NCBI RefSeq assembly: GCF_006345805.1
Contig: NC_043024.1
Span: 20,088,001-20,152,000, forward strand
DNA length: 64,000 bases
Origin: Octopus sinensis
Taxonomy: Eukaryota
Direction of reading: 5' to 3'
The notes below the pieces were generated by a model. That model had not been told where the DNA came from, ran no database searches, and saw only the letters and a program-made list of their open reading frames with translations. The number at the start of each line of letters is the position of its first letter. The stretch's first letter is position 1. A program made the translations under genes and the position numbers. Below are positions 12,448 to 25,335 of the stretch, piece by piece.

Positions 12448-12492
<45 letters not shown>

Positions 12493-12627
12493 GTTCTTGT
12501 CATTTCAATTTGATTCTCTGTATTGTAGCTTAATCTTGCAACTCCTCTCAATCAACAATATAAGGCCGTAAATATATTCGTCGTCAATTGTCAAACACAA
12601 AAATATCAAGGTCTAAATTACAAAATA

Positions 12628-12815
12628 GTGATGGTGCATGGCCTATTGGATATGGTTTTGCACTAACGAACGCTGTTTCGAGGTTTCAATTCCCAGACCG
12701 AGCGGTGTATTGTGTTCTTCATCAAAATACGTCATTTCTCATTGCTTCAGTCCACCTAGCTGTGCATGAATAACCGCTCGAAAAGACTGGCGTCCGATTC
12801 AAGGCAACTGATGTT
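12628..12815 (+). mobile_element. Degenerate tRNA-derived SINE
   Basis: GGTGCATGGCCTATTGG and GGTTTCAATTCCCAGACCG head; CORE-like body. Confidence 0.55.
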
Positions 12816-12830
12816 ATTTCGGTCACTTAT

Positions 12831-13194
12831 AGTATCGATCTATTGCATTTCAATCTGTTTTAGGGTTAGTTAGTCTTAGGGTTAGGGTTAGGGTTAGGGG
12901 TGGGGGAAGGGTATCTTTTTTCTTCACAAATGTAAATAAACCCAGTCTGTTTCTTAAACGAGGGACATATTTATACGGCACAAATTTTTTTTACCTCAAT
13001 AGACGTCACTGATTGATTGAAATTGCAGATATTAAAGAAAAAAACAACAAATATCTTACAAACTATAGAATTTTCTCAATAAAGCCAAGAGAAAAATATG
13101 TTTTATAAACACATTCTACCAGTATACGAAGTTTAAAATTTTTTAGTTACCTAGAAATTATGCTAAAAACTGCCGTTCAAACCGAAAAGATTCC
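12831..13194 (+). mobile_element. TTAGGG-containing MITE, copy lacking the left end
   Basis: About 90% similar by eye to 14275-14637; right TIR AAACTGCCGTTCAAACCGAAAAGATTCC. Confidence 0.85.
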
Positions 13195-13195
13195 C

Positions 13196-13554
13196 GAGCT
13201 CATTTTTAGAAACGTAATATGTATAATTCGAGTGTGAATTAGCTGTTTTTAGGACGTCGTATATCCACTTAATCTGTTCTTCATTGACTTCTACTACAAT
13301 GTTGTTACTATTTAAGCGTGGCTTGCCTCTGAGTCATAGATATTTAGTCGTAATCATTCATGTGACCACATCATGAGCTCATTTTTATAAACGTAACAGG
13401 TATAATTCGAGAGTGAATTGGCTGCTATTTCTAGGACATCGTATATCCATTTAATCTTTTCTTCATTGACTTCCACTACAATGCTGTTGCTATTTAAGCG
13501 TGGCTTGCCTCTGAGTCACAGATATTTAGTCGTAATCATTCATGTGACCACATC
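13196..13554. repeat. Diverged tandem duplication, ~179-bp unit x2
   Basis: GAGCTCATTTTT...GTGACCACATC begins at 13196 and 13375. Confidence 0.9.
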
Positions 13555-14208
13555 TTACAATGTCTCGTTCATATTTTGGTTACTATTTCTAGCACGTCGT
13601 GCGTCTAATGAGCGGTTCTCTCATTGTCTTCTACAAGAACATTGAATGGTTAATGGCTGGATGGAACTTTGTTATGAATATTCATTTGCTTCAGCAGACA
13701 CGCTATATTTTCTTCATTCTCTCACAACTATTATATGGCGAATTAATTCGTTAATTTCGAAACTGTTCTTTGTAAAGTTTCGTTTTTTTGGTTCGTTCTT
13801 TTTTTCGTTTTTTTTTTTCATCTTTTAAAAGATATTTCCTTCTCTTTCGTGTTATCTTTAAAAAAAATTTCTTAAGAAATGGAAAAAGGAAAAAAAACAA
13901 CATTAATCCAATGTATGCTTGCACGCAATCTACTTAAGAGAAAATCTCTTGTGAAAGACAAAGCCACAACAATCCGTCGAGAGTTAATCTATGCATTCCG
14001 TTCTTGAAGAATACGGATACTTCAGTGGTACCATTATTTATTTATTTGTTTATTTATTTATTTTAATGGCTTCATTACAAGAGAAAGGTCAGTCCTTCTA
14101 TGATACTGTGCTTTGCAACGTAAACTTATGTGAAGGCTCGTAGCCTAGTAGTCAGCTCACGGGGCCCAGCTCGGGACCCTAAGGCTGTAATTTCGCTTCC
14201 TGCGAGTC

Positions 14209-14637
14209 GGATCGGTTTGAACGGCAGTTTTTTTCTAGCGGTGTCATATGAAATTGTCACCCATAATTATGACCCTAGAATTGATCTATTGCATTTCAAT
14301 CTCTTTTAGGGTTAGGGTTAGTTAGGGTTACGGTTAGGGGTGGGGAAAGGGTATCTTTCTTTCTTCAGAAATGTAAATAAACCCAATCTGTTTCTTAAAC
14401 GAGGGACATATTCATACGGCACAGAATGTTGTTTACCTCAATAGACGTAATTGATTTGTAGAATTTGCAGAAATTGAAGAAAAACAAAAACAAATATCTT
14501 AGAAACTATAGAATTTTCTCAATAAAGCCAAGAGAAAATGATGTTTTATAAACACATTCTACCAGTATACGAAGTTTAAAATTTTTTAGTTACCTAGAAA
14601 TTATTTTTAAAATCTGCCGGTCAAACCGAAAAGATCC
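14209..14637 (+). mobile_element. MITE with ~25-30-bp TIRs and internal (TTAGGG)n, near full length
   Basis: GGATCGGTTTGAACGGCAGTTTT ... AAATCTGCCGGTCAAACCGAAAAGATCC; non-coding. Confidence 0.85.
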
Positions 14638-14811
14638 GTTGAGTCCTTGAGTATCTTATCGTTTATATCTGTACATTCACCTATTTAGTTTTGTGAGTGG
14701 CCCTAATATGACATATGCCTCGTACATGAATGAGGCATGGGAAATGGCGTGGTACAGGAACTCAAGCGGCATTGAAGACAATGATGGTTATATTGATGGA
14801 TATACCGATGA

Positions 14812-15055
14812 ATGTGGCTTAGAGGTTAGGGTGTCCGCATCATGATCGTAAGATTGTGGTTTCGATTCATGGACCAGGCGACGCGTTGTGTTCTTGAGCA
14901 AAACACTTCATTTTACGTTGCTCCAGTCCACTCAGCCGGTAAAAATGAGTAACGCTGCGATGGGCTGGCGTCCCGTCCAGCTGAGGAACACATACAGCAT
15001 TGAAACCGGGAAACCGGTCCCATGAGGCTGGCTAGGCTTTAAAAGGGTGCATTCA
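14812..15055 (+). mobile_element. tRNA-derived CORE-like SINE (head B + tail 1)
   Basis: GTGGCTTAGAGGTTAGGG/GGTTTCGATTC boxes; TTCTTGAGCAAAACACTT; tail GCTGCGATGGGCTGGCGTCCCGTCCAG...GAAACCGGGAAACCGG. Confidence 0.8.
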
Positions 15056-15334
15056 TTTCATTTATTTTACATCGATGAGTAGGAGATTAATATGCCTCGT
15101 TAGAGGGTTTGAAACCTCATCTTATTGCATTATTTGTAGTGGTTTACAACCTCAATTGTGTGTTTTTTTAAAAACAAAACATGTTAAGTCAGAGGTTTTA
15201 GTGGCTCCTTCTTGTAAGAGGTTTGAAACCTCATTGATTTTTTAAAAACAGAAAATATGTTTTCGAGAAAAATCCAATCGGCGGGTGTTGGGTTTCGTCT
15301 CTGATTTATTCATAAACCATATACATATATCGAT

Positions 15335-15465
15335 TAGATTCACTCCAGAACGCAACCGGTAGTTAATTTATTAACCCCGAAACGATGAACGGTAAGGTCG
15401 ACCTCGGCGGAATTTGAACTCAGAACGGAAAGACAGAAGAAATACTAGTAAACATTTCGTGCATT
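15335..15465 (-). mobile_element. Family M SINE fragment
   Basis: GGTCGACCTCGGCGGAATTTGAACTCAGAACG. Confidence 0.7.
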
Positions 15466-15520
15466 GAGCCTCGAGTAGAAAAGTATGTTATTATTATAAT
15501 TATTATGATCATCATCATCA

Positions 15521-15552
<32 letters not shown>

Positions 15553-15574
15553 GGAGACTGCTACTTATATAGGT

Positions 15575-15709
15575 CTCTTTTGTCGAACCGCTGGTCTAAG
15601 AGAACTTAATTACTAACGACGGTTGTCAAGCGGTGGTGGGAGACAGGCAGAGACTCAAACATACGCACGTACACGCACGCACGCACCCACCACACACACG
15701 CACACACAT

Positions 15710-15782
<73 letters not shown>

Positions 15783-16190
15783 GTGTGATAGATCGCTAGC
15801 TACTACACACATTTTTCTCTCCTTCTTTTCTCTACTTTTTTCCTCTCTTTGCTTCTCTCCTTGTTTTAACTGTGTCCCTTTCAGTAGAAGAACGTAGGCT
15901 CGAAACGTAAAAGACCTTTTCTATTCCTGAGCGTTATACTAATACATTTGTTTGTTTTGTACAGCACCTGTCGTCGTCTTTTGTCTTTTTCGTAAACTCT
16001 CCCTATACATATATATATATACACACATACAACTGCTTTCTTTTAGTTTCCCTCTACCAAATCCACTCAGAAGGATTTAGTCGGCTCGAGGCTATAGTAA
16101 ACGGCACTTGCTCAGGGTATCACAGAGTAGGACTGAACCCGGAACCATGTGGTTGAGAATTAAGCTCCTCTCCCCACAGTCACGCCTGGC
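15575..16190 (-). mobile_element. Degenerate family O SINE interrupted by a Penelope-like family P3 element (about 15790-16005)
   Basis: SINE 3' part 15575-15660 and 5' part 16030-16190; the insert sits in the internal CA/TA tract. Confidence 0.7.
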
Positions 16191-16736
16191 GTCCATAAAG
16201 ATTTGTGTCTCCCAAACTCATTCACTGGGCCTCTTTCGAACAGTTGACTTAACTAGAAGACACACAACGTTTTTTTTTTATATATAGTGTCTCTATAGCT
16301 AAAACCACGTATTCGCTCAAAATTATTTTTATTAAGCCAGTTTGTAGATGCATCACGTCCGTCCTGGCTCTTACAGCAACATCATCGCCATTGTAAATGT
16401 TTAGAAACGTAGCAATAAAATAACTGACGGAACATTTGTCTGTTAAATATAATAAATATCAAGATATTCCCCAAAGAAAATGATTGAACATTAAATGTCA
16501 CAAATCTAACGAAAGACAGACAATGGTAGCATCTGTCCTGATTAGAATTTTGGCATAAGAAAACAAGGGAAATTAGAATACGGTGAAGAATCTTCTGATT
16601 AAACAACGTACGCGTATATACACACAGACATATGTATATATACGTATTTCTCTATATATATATATCAATCTTTTTACCTGTCAGCTTATTTATGTATAGA
16701 TATGTCTGTATGTATGTATATATATATAAAATATAA

Positions 16737-16808
<72 letters not shown>

Positions 16809-16811
<3 letters not shown>

Positions 16812-16985
16812 GGAGATTTCGCAAATAAACAAAAGACGAAGACAGGTGGTGTAGACAACAAACAGATGTATTAGTATAACACTAGGGAAGTGAAAAAGTA
16901 TTTAACGTTTCGAGCCTACGCTCTTCCACAGGAAGGAACACAGAAAGAAACAAGGAGACAAAATAAAGAATGTGTAGAGGCTAGC
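16809..16985 (-). mobile_element. Penelope-like non-coding repeat, family P3, with a variant hammerhead-like motif
   Basis: Minus strand CTGTGGA-A-GAGC-GTAG-GCTC-GAAACGTT-AAA; copies at 15.8-16.0, 18.6, 34.7-34.9 and 53.7-53.85 kb. Confidence 0.7.
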
Positions 16986-17024
16986 TATCTATTACATACA
17001 TAACTATACATACATGTATATATG

Positions 17025-17073
<49 letters not shown>

Positions 17074-17524
17074 ATGTGGATTTGATTCCCAGATAGGCGC
17101 TACATTGTATTCTAGAGCGAAACAATTTAACGTTGCCTCTGTCCACTCACCTGTAAATGACGAACAGGTATTTTTGAACTGCTGCTCTGCTCACCTCTAA
17201 TGAGAACTGGAGATCATTCTTTCACAGTGGTTCACACGCTAACACGACTGGAGCCTTCACAGCTGCTACTACTATTGCTCAGAGTAGACCCGGGGAAAAT
17301 AGAGGACGTGGAACAAATATAGTATTATTGGACGCTCAGGAAAGAAGGAAAGAAGGAGGGTTTAACGTTTCGAGCGGAGCTCTTCGTCGGAAACATAGGA
17401 GAAGGAAAGATCCAGAGAAGGGAAGAAAGAGGAAAAAAATCGCCAACGGTACACACGAGGTCACATTTTGAAATATCACATTAATATAGATGGGATTCGT
17501 TACACATAGTCATATGATTCGAGT

Positions 17525-17838
17525 GGAGGCACATGGCCTAGTGGTTAGAGCAGCGGACTCGTGACCGAGTGATCGTGGGTTCGAGTCTCAGACCGGGTGA
17601 TGTGTGTTTTTATGAGCTAAAGACCTAAGCTCCACGTGGCTCCGGCAGAAGGTAATGGCGAAACTTCTGCTGACTCTTTCACCACAACTTTCTCTCATTC
17701 TTTCCTCCTGCATCTTGCAGCTCACCTGCGACGGACCGGCATCCCGTCCAGGTGGGGAACCTATACGCCAAAGAAACCGACCGGAAAACCGGCCCTTATG
17801 AGCCAGGCATGGCTCGAGAAGGAACAAACAAAAAAGAA
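17525..17838 (+). mobile_element. tRNA-derived SINE (head A + tail 1); duplicate at about 19279-19592
   Basis: GGAGGCACATGGCCTAGTGGTTAGAGC A-box, GGGTTCGAGTC B-box; the MAPAEGN ORF is incidental. Confidence 0.85.
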
Positions 17839-18785
17839 ATATGATTCGCTATTTACATGAGCGTCGCAAAGGAATGACTTTCCTTGCCACAGTTAATGGA
17901 GATTATAGCGAAAACTCTGGCAGATCACATAGATCTATAAAAAACACATTGAGAAAACACGTGTTTGGAAATATATGCTTTATAAATGCTGATAAAAGAG
18001 ATGAATATACTTTTGATGTGAAATTTAGATGAATACCGAAGAACTTATCAACTCGGCATTCCGGCAAGAATGCTAAGAATATATCTAATTAGATAGAGAG
18101 GATAGAAGACAAAGGATTATAATCAAATACTGACAGAATTACGATAAGAATTTGGTTGAAGCTGTACTGTATTTGTATCTGTGCATATATATATGTAAAT
18201 GTGTGTGTATATAAGTACGTATATATACTTCTGCATACATATATATATATATACATTTGTGTGAGTGCGTATAATTTTAGGTGATATGGATATATATATA
18301 TATATGCATACATACAGATATACATATATACGCGTAGTCATGTATATATGTTTATATGAATATATATAGATAGATAGATACAGAGATAGAGATATTTATA
18401 GGATACGACAGGTAAATCGTCGCCATTTTACACTTTTCATTTTCCGCAGTGAATGCACATTGTATCTGTGCATATACATATGTAATGTGTGTGTATATAA
18501 GTATGTATATATACTTCTGCATATATATATATATAATATATATATATATTATATATATATATATAGGGGGAGATTTCGCAAATAAACAAAAGACGAAGAC
18601 AGGTGGTGTAGACAACAAACAGATGTATTAGTATAACACTAGGGAAGTGAAAAAGTATTTAACGTTTCGAGCCTACGCTCTTCCACAGGAAGGAACACAG
18701 AAAGAAACAAGGAGACAAAATAAAGAATGTGTAGAGGCTAGCTATCTATTACATACATAACTATACATACATGTATATATGTATA

Positions 18786-18829
<44 letters not shown>

Positions 18830-20009
18830 ATGTGGATTTGATTCCCAGATAGGCGCTACATTGTATTCTAGAGCGAAACAATTTAACGTTGCCTCTGTCC
18901 ACTCACCTGTAAATGACGAACAGGTATTTTTGAACTGCTGCTCTGCTCACCTCTAATGAGAACTGGAGATCATTCTTTCACAGTGGTTCACACGCTAACA
19001 CGACTGGAGCCTTCACAGCTGCTACTACTATTGCTCAGAGTAGACCCGGGGAAAATAGAGGACGTGGAACAAATATAGTATTATTGGACGCTCAGGAAAG
19101 AAGGAAAGAAGGAGGGTTTAACGTTTCGAGCGGAGCTCTTCGTCGGAAACATAGGAGAAGGAAAGATCCAGAGAAGGGAAGAAAGAGGAAAAAAATCGCC
19201 AACGGTACACACGAGGTCACATTTTGAAATATCACATTAATATAGATGGGATTCGTTACATAGTCATATGATTCGAGTGGAGGCACATGGCCTAGTGGTT
19301 AGAGCAGCGGACTCGTGACCGAGTGATCGTGGGTTCGAGTCTCAGACCGGGTGATGTGTGTTTTTATGAGCTAAAGACCTAAGCTCCACGTGGCTCCGGC
19401 AGAAGGTAATGGCGAAACTTCTGCTGACTCTTTCACCACAACTTTCTCTCATTCTTTCCTCCTGCATCTTGCAGCTCACCTGCGACGGACCGGCATCCCG
19501 TCCAGGTGGGGAACCTATACGCCAAAGAAACCGACCGGAAAACCGGCCCTTATGAGCCAGGCATGGCTCGAGAAGGACAAACAAAAAAGAAATATGATTC
19601 GCTATTTACATGAGCGTCGCAAAGGAATGACTTTCCTTGCCACAGTTAATGGAGATTATAGCGAAAACTCTGGCAGATCACATAGATCTATAAAAAACAC
19701 ATTGAGAAAACACGTGTTTGGAAATATATGCTTTATAAATGCTGATAAAAGAGATGAATATACTTTTGATGTGAAATTTAGATGAATACCGAAGAACTTA
19801 TCAACTCGGCATTCCGGCAAGAATGCTAAGAATATATCTAATTAGATAGAGAGGATAGAAGACAAAGGATTATAATCAAATACTGACAGAATTTACGATA
19901 AGAATTTGGTTGAAGCTGTAACTGTATTTGTATCTGTGCATATATATATGTAAATGTGTGTGTATATAAGTACGTATATATACTTCTGCATACATATATA
20001 TATATATAC

Positions 20010-21390
20010 ATTTGTGTGAGTGCGTATAATTTTAGGTGATATGGATATATATATATATATGCATACATACAGATATACATATATACGCGTAGTCATGTAT
20101 ATATGTTTATATGAATATATATAGATAGATAGATACAGAGATAGAGATATTTATAGGATACGACAGGTAAATCGTCGCCATTTTACACTTTTCATTTTCC
20201 GCAGTGAATGCACATTGTATCTGTGCATATACATATGTAAATGTGTGTGTATATAAGTATGTATATATACTTCTGCATATTATATAATATATATATATAT
20301 ATATATATACATTTGCGTGAATGCGTATAATTTTAGGTGATATGGATATATATATATGCATACATACAGATATACATATATACGCGTAGGCATGTATATA
20401 TGTTTATATGAATATATATAGATAGATAGATACAGAGATAGAGATATTTATAGGATACGACAGGTAAATCGTCGCCATTTTACACTTTTCATTTTCCGCA
20501 GTGAATGCACATTGTATCTGTGCATATACATATGTAAATGTGTGTGTATATAAGTATGTATATATACTTCTGCATATATATATATATATATATATACATT
20601 TGTGTGAGTGCGTATAATTTTAGGTGATATGGATATATATATATATGCATACATACAGATATACATATATACGCGTAGTCATGTAGATATGTTTATATAA
20701 TATATATAGATAGATAGATACAGAGATAGAGATATTTATAGGATACGACAGGTAAATCGTCGCCATTTTACACTTTTCATTTTCCGCAGTGAATGCACAT
20801 TGTATCTGTGCATATACATATGTAATGTGTGTGTATATAAGTATGTATATATACTTCTGCATATTATATATATTATATATATATTATATATATATATACA
20901 TTTGCGTGAATGCGTATAATTTTAGGTGATATGGATATATATATATATGCATACATACAGATATACATATATACGCGTAGCATGTATATATGTTTATATG
21001 AATATATATAGATAGATAGATACAGAGATAGAGATATTTATAGGATACGACAGGTAAATCGTCGCCATTTTACACTTTTCATTTTCCGCAGTGAATGCAC
21101 ATTGTTGTATCTGTGCATATACATATGTAAATGTGTGTGTATATAAGTATGTATATATACTTCTGCATATATATATATATATATATATACATTTGTGTGT
21201 GAGTGCGTATAATTTTAGGTGATATGGATATATATATATATGCATACATACAGATATACATATATACGCGTAGTCATGTAGATATGTTTATATGAATATA
21301 TATAGATAGATAGATACAGAGATAGAGATATTTATAGGATACGACAGGTAAATCGTCGCCATTTTACACCTTCATTTTCCGCAGTGAATG
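20010..21390. repeat. Tandem array of ~295-bp units containing a mariner-like terminus, with alternating A/B unit types
   Basis: GGATACGACAGGTAAATCGTCGCC at 20156, 20453, 20741, 21043, 21337 (and 18401). Confidence 0.95.
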
Positions 21391-21600
21391 CACATTGTTT
21401 ATTTTTGATTTTGTCGAGTACACAGTATAATAGGGGCAGTTGGGTACCGTCTGTGAGTAAAAAAAAACAGCATGATGACACAATTCACTTAGCCAGAAAT
21501 TTGGAAAAAGCATGCTGTATTGCTTGGCATTCACACCGGAAGCTCCAATTCGTGATTCGGTGTCAATCTGTGGATAGTGCGATATGGCGATATCTACTCA
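21335..21600 (+). mobile_element. maT/mariner-like transposon 5' end with degenerate transposase start
   Basis: MMTQFT*PEIWKKHAVLLGIHTGSSN matches MTQFTLREIWKRHAVMLVIRIGSSN of the 34.0-34.5 kb copy; the upstream leader is also homologous. Confidence 0.75.
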
Positions 21601-21614
21601 GAGTACTTCTAGGC

Positions 21615-22616
21615 TTATAGTCTATAAGTACTTTCTTCACCATCTTTAATGACTATGCCTGGTCTTTTTGCCTGTATCGTTTTGTCGGTGTTGACTAGAA
21701 AATCCCAGAAGATAGTGACATTTTTACCTTCAACGACTGGCCCACGATGATGTTCATACCAATAAGCAGGGGTACTGATTTTGTAGTGTTTACAAATTTT
21801 CCAATATAAATACTCTCGTATACTTTCGTGAAGATTTTTGTATTCGTTTGGTCTCAGCACAGGGCTTCTCATGTCGAGATGGTCTACTCTTTCATCAAAT
21901 TTATCGCAGAATCTGCATTTAGGATCCGAACCGTTTTGAAGAACGATAGCCTGATAGTCTTTGGTAAGCAAGCTCTAACCTTGTGGACCTTCAGAAGTTA
22001 GTGATCATAAGCTCCCTGGGGAATTTTATGCCAGCTTCATCGCTATTGTTTATCTATTTATTTATTTATTTATTTTTGGTTTTGAAACGAGATCAAACTT
22101 AAGCATTTTATACCGATAGATTTTAGACACTTTTTTCTGAAACTGGTAAGATTATGTAGGGGGTGCAAATTTTGATCTTGCACCCCCTGAAAATTCTAGA
22201 GAGTGCAGGTGCACCCGCCGCAGGTGTTCCCGGGCCCTTGTGCGACCAGTATGAAGCCTTCAGTCCCTGCTTTCAGTCCTGAGCTTCTCAGCCACTGATG
22301 GGTTGTTGCTTGGTGTACATCAGCATTTCGGTTTCGAAACACATATACTGTCCTTACAGAGACTTCTGGATCCACCCATCCTCAATTTGTTTCTGCCTGT
22401 TCATTTTTGAAATCTGTTTAATCCGTTTTGCCTTTTCCGTGGCAGTCGTTTCAGGTTCTTCGTCTAATTCACGGTTAATGCCAAGTTCCCATGCAAAATA
22501 CAAGCTTCCTTGACAATAGAATGTAATTTTTTACTGCTTCTCAGCTCGCACACAAACCGTAGCATCAAGTCCTCTGTTCTAGATAAGTTATTATTCATTG
22601 CTATTGTGAAGGTGCA

Positions 22617-22617
<1 letters not shown>
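21615..22617 (-). pseudogene. R4/Dong-clade non-LTR retrotransposon fragment (post-RT region, CCHC knuckle, start of RLE endonuclease) with a 250-bp insertion
   Basis: THQWLRSSGLKAGTEGFILVAQ | QG*SLLTKDYQAIVLQNGSDPKCRFCDKFDERVDHL...WYEH...TIFWDFLVNTDKTIQAKRPGIVIKD; 5' end abuts (AAT)n. Confidence 0.85.
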
Positions 22618-22652
<35 letters not shown>

Positions 22653-22694
22653 TTATTATTATTATTATTATTTTTATTATTTTTATTATTATTA

Positions 22695-22732
<38 letters not shown>

Positions 22733-23119
22733 TATTATTATTTTTATTATTATTATTTTTATTTTTATGATTATTATTATTATTATTATTTTTAATTATT
22801 ATTTTATTAATATTATTATTAATTATTATTATTGTTGTTGTTGTTGTTATTTTTATTATTTTTATTATTATTATATTTTATTATATTATTATTATTTTCG
22901 AATGACAAAAATGAATAATTATTTATTTTTAAAGATGTATGAATGTGTAGATATATAAGTCAACTATGCGCACAGGCTCATAGCTCATACCCAATAATAA
23001 ATATATACATATTCACATACACGTGCATACACATGATAATATACATACATACATACATATATATATGTATATATATATTATATATATATATATATATATG
23101 CATCATGCTGTTGCTCTCT

Positions 23120-23165
<46 letters not shown>

Positions 23166-23179
23166 ATATATATATATAT

Positions 23180-23227
<48 letters not shown>

Positions 23228-23900
23228 ACATATACATATCAATATATGCATTTGCATTTATATGTATATATATACATACATACAAATACATATATATATA
23301 TACATACATACAAACATACATGCATACATACATACATACATACATACATACATACATACATGCATGCATGCATACATACATACATACATACATACATACA
23401 TACATACATACATACACATACATACATACATATACCAATAAATATATACACCGACCGAAATAATCCTGCAAAAATGTCTATTGGAGAGAATGAGAATCGA
23501 AATATTCCTCAGAGTAGCAGAGTAGACGAAAGAAAATCAGGAATAAAATCCTACTTTTTAGTTTTTCTTCCTTATTTTGGTCTCACAGGGGAGACTTTTT
23601 TCTTCATTGTTTTATATATTTAATTCGTTTATGTTTTGTAAACTTCTTGCTTTCTGTTTGCCTGTTTTTTTTTTTTTTTGTTTTTTCGTCGTTTTTCTTA
23701 AATTTTTTTGTTTTGTGGGACATTTCCCAAATATAGAAACGCGAAAGACCACAAGAGGATGGGAATCATGGTAGGATAACAATAATTCATTGCAATTCCA
23801 CCATGTATATATGTATATATATATATATGTGTGTGTGTATGTGTGTGTGAGTGTGAGTGTATGTATGTGTGCATGTATTATATATACATATATATTTATA

Positions 23901-23940
<40 letters not shown>

Positions 23941-23963
23941 TACACAGACAGATGTATATTATG

Positions 23964-24005
<42 letters not shown>

Positions 24006-24819
24006 TAATAATTATTACCTTATTAAAAAATCTTAGATAACGTCTATGTATATATATGTTTATGTGTATGTGTATACATATTTACGCATATACATGAGTA
24101 TATAGTAATATAGTAATGTATATGCCTATATATTAGTGAATATAAACGTCTGTATATATATATATATATATATAGATAGATAGATAGATAGATATAGATA
24201 TAGATATAGATATATATGCGTATACCTATGTGTATATACGCATCTATGTGAGTGCATATTTTCTATAATTATTTTTGCGATGACAGTTTCTTCTGCTTTA
24301 GTTTGATATCAAAACTTAAAAATAGACAAGAAAAAATATATTCCATGTTTAAAGAAAAGTATAAATAAAAACGGAATGTTTGAGAAATAGTTTTAGAAAT
24401 ATCTTAAAAATAAAAATTACACTTGCGGACACACAAAAAAAATAAAATTAAAATTTATAAACGGTGAAGAACCATGCAAACGGAAAGATTCATGTCATTT
24501 GCTAACGAAGAAAAGTATTCGTATGTAAAAGTGTTTATATCCATAGATGAAAGATTCTTCTAAGCCATAGGCTCAATATGACCGTTTTTCTTGCTTCTTC
24601 ACCCTTGGTTACGATGCTGATCTGTCGTAAGATTTATTTTTGTTACCTGAGTAAACTGAATCAACGGGAAATGCAGTGTTATGACCATGAGTGTAACGCG
24701 CAGACCACTAAGGCCTTCACATGTGCTCGTGTGCTTAAGCATGGGTGCGAACACACATACATAATTATATTTGTGTGTATACAGTTGTGTATAGCTATAT
24801 GTATGTTATATAGATATAT

Positions 24820-24862
<43 letters not shown>

Positions 24863-24959
24863 ATTAATATATATATATATGGATATATAGATACAAGTAT
24901 ATACTCGCACACACACACGTACATATATATTTTATATATATTATATATATACGGGGATA

Positions 24960-25335
24960 GGTAGTGGGTAGCAATTTTCTTCACTACTTCAGGGAGTGAC
25001 GACCATACCTGACACGAGTCCCGTCTCAGTCTCCGGCTGACAGTACCCGGTATGGGCTCCTATCCAGGGTTACGAAAAAAGGACAAACTTCAAAGAAATC
25101 CGGAATGGAGACCCGCAGGCGGTTTAGTGTTCGACTTTACCCTTTTCCGGCAGCTCTTGCAACCAAGCACGTGCCAAACGTGACGCTCTGCACTCATTTG
25201 GACGACGTCAGCAAGGTCGAGAGAGGAATCCTGATCATTGGGCTATCCAGGATTTTCTTGCATCTAGCCCAAGCCTGCGCAAACCTGGAGAGGAAACTGG
25301 TGAGGACAGGAAATGTAAAAACCAGACTGTATTAG
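24960..25335 (+). mobile_element. RTE-type LINE 5' UTR-like fragment
   Basis: GC-richer block containing CCGGCAGCTCTTGCAACCAAGCACGTGCCAAACGT and GCCCAAGCCTGCGCAAACCTGGAGAGG, resembling RTE 5' UTRs by recollection. Confidence 0.4.

Larger units (their letters stand above)
16809..20320. repeat. Near-identical tandem duplication, ~1.755-kb unit x2 (P3 element, SINE remnant, P1 element, tRNA-SINE, unique segment)
   Basis: GGGGGAGATTTCGC at 16809 and 18566; duplicated ORFs at 17636 and 19390; differences are mostly 1-bp indels. Confidence 0.95.

Noticed and set aside
11703-12551. Long poly-L/S/T/Y/H ORFs
   Set aside because: Compound (TAC)(TTC)(CAT)(TAT) microsatellite.
12860-12900. Telomere or chromosome-fusion site from TTAGGG repeats
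   Set aside because: Only a few units, always internal to a MITE.
14689-14840. Protein-like frame FVSGPNMTYASYMNEAWEMAWYRNSSG after TTTAG
   Set aside because: Weak donor, runs into a SINE, no recognisable homology.
17525-17600. tRNA genes at SINE heads (also 49127 and 45090-45160)
   Set aside because: No acceptor-stem closure; they continue into SINE bodies.
17636-19785. Duplicated MAPAEGNGETS ORFs as paralogous genes
   Set aside because: They lie within a SINE inside the 1.75-kb duplication.
20010-21390. CRISPR-like repeat/spacer array
   Set aside because: Eukaryotic context; whole units repeat and there are no unique spacers or cas genes.
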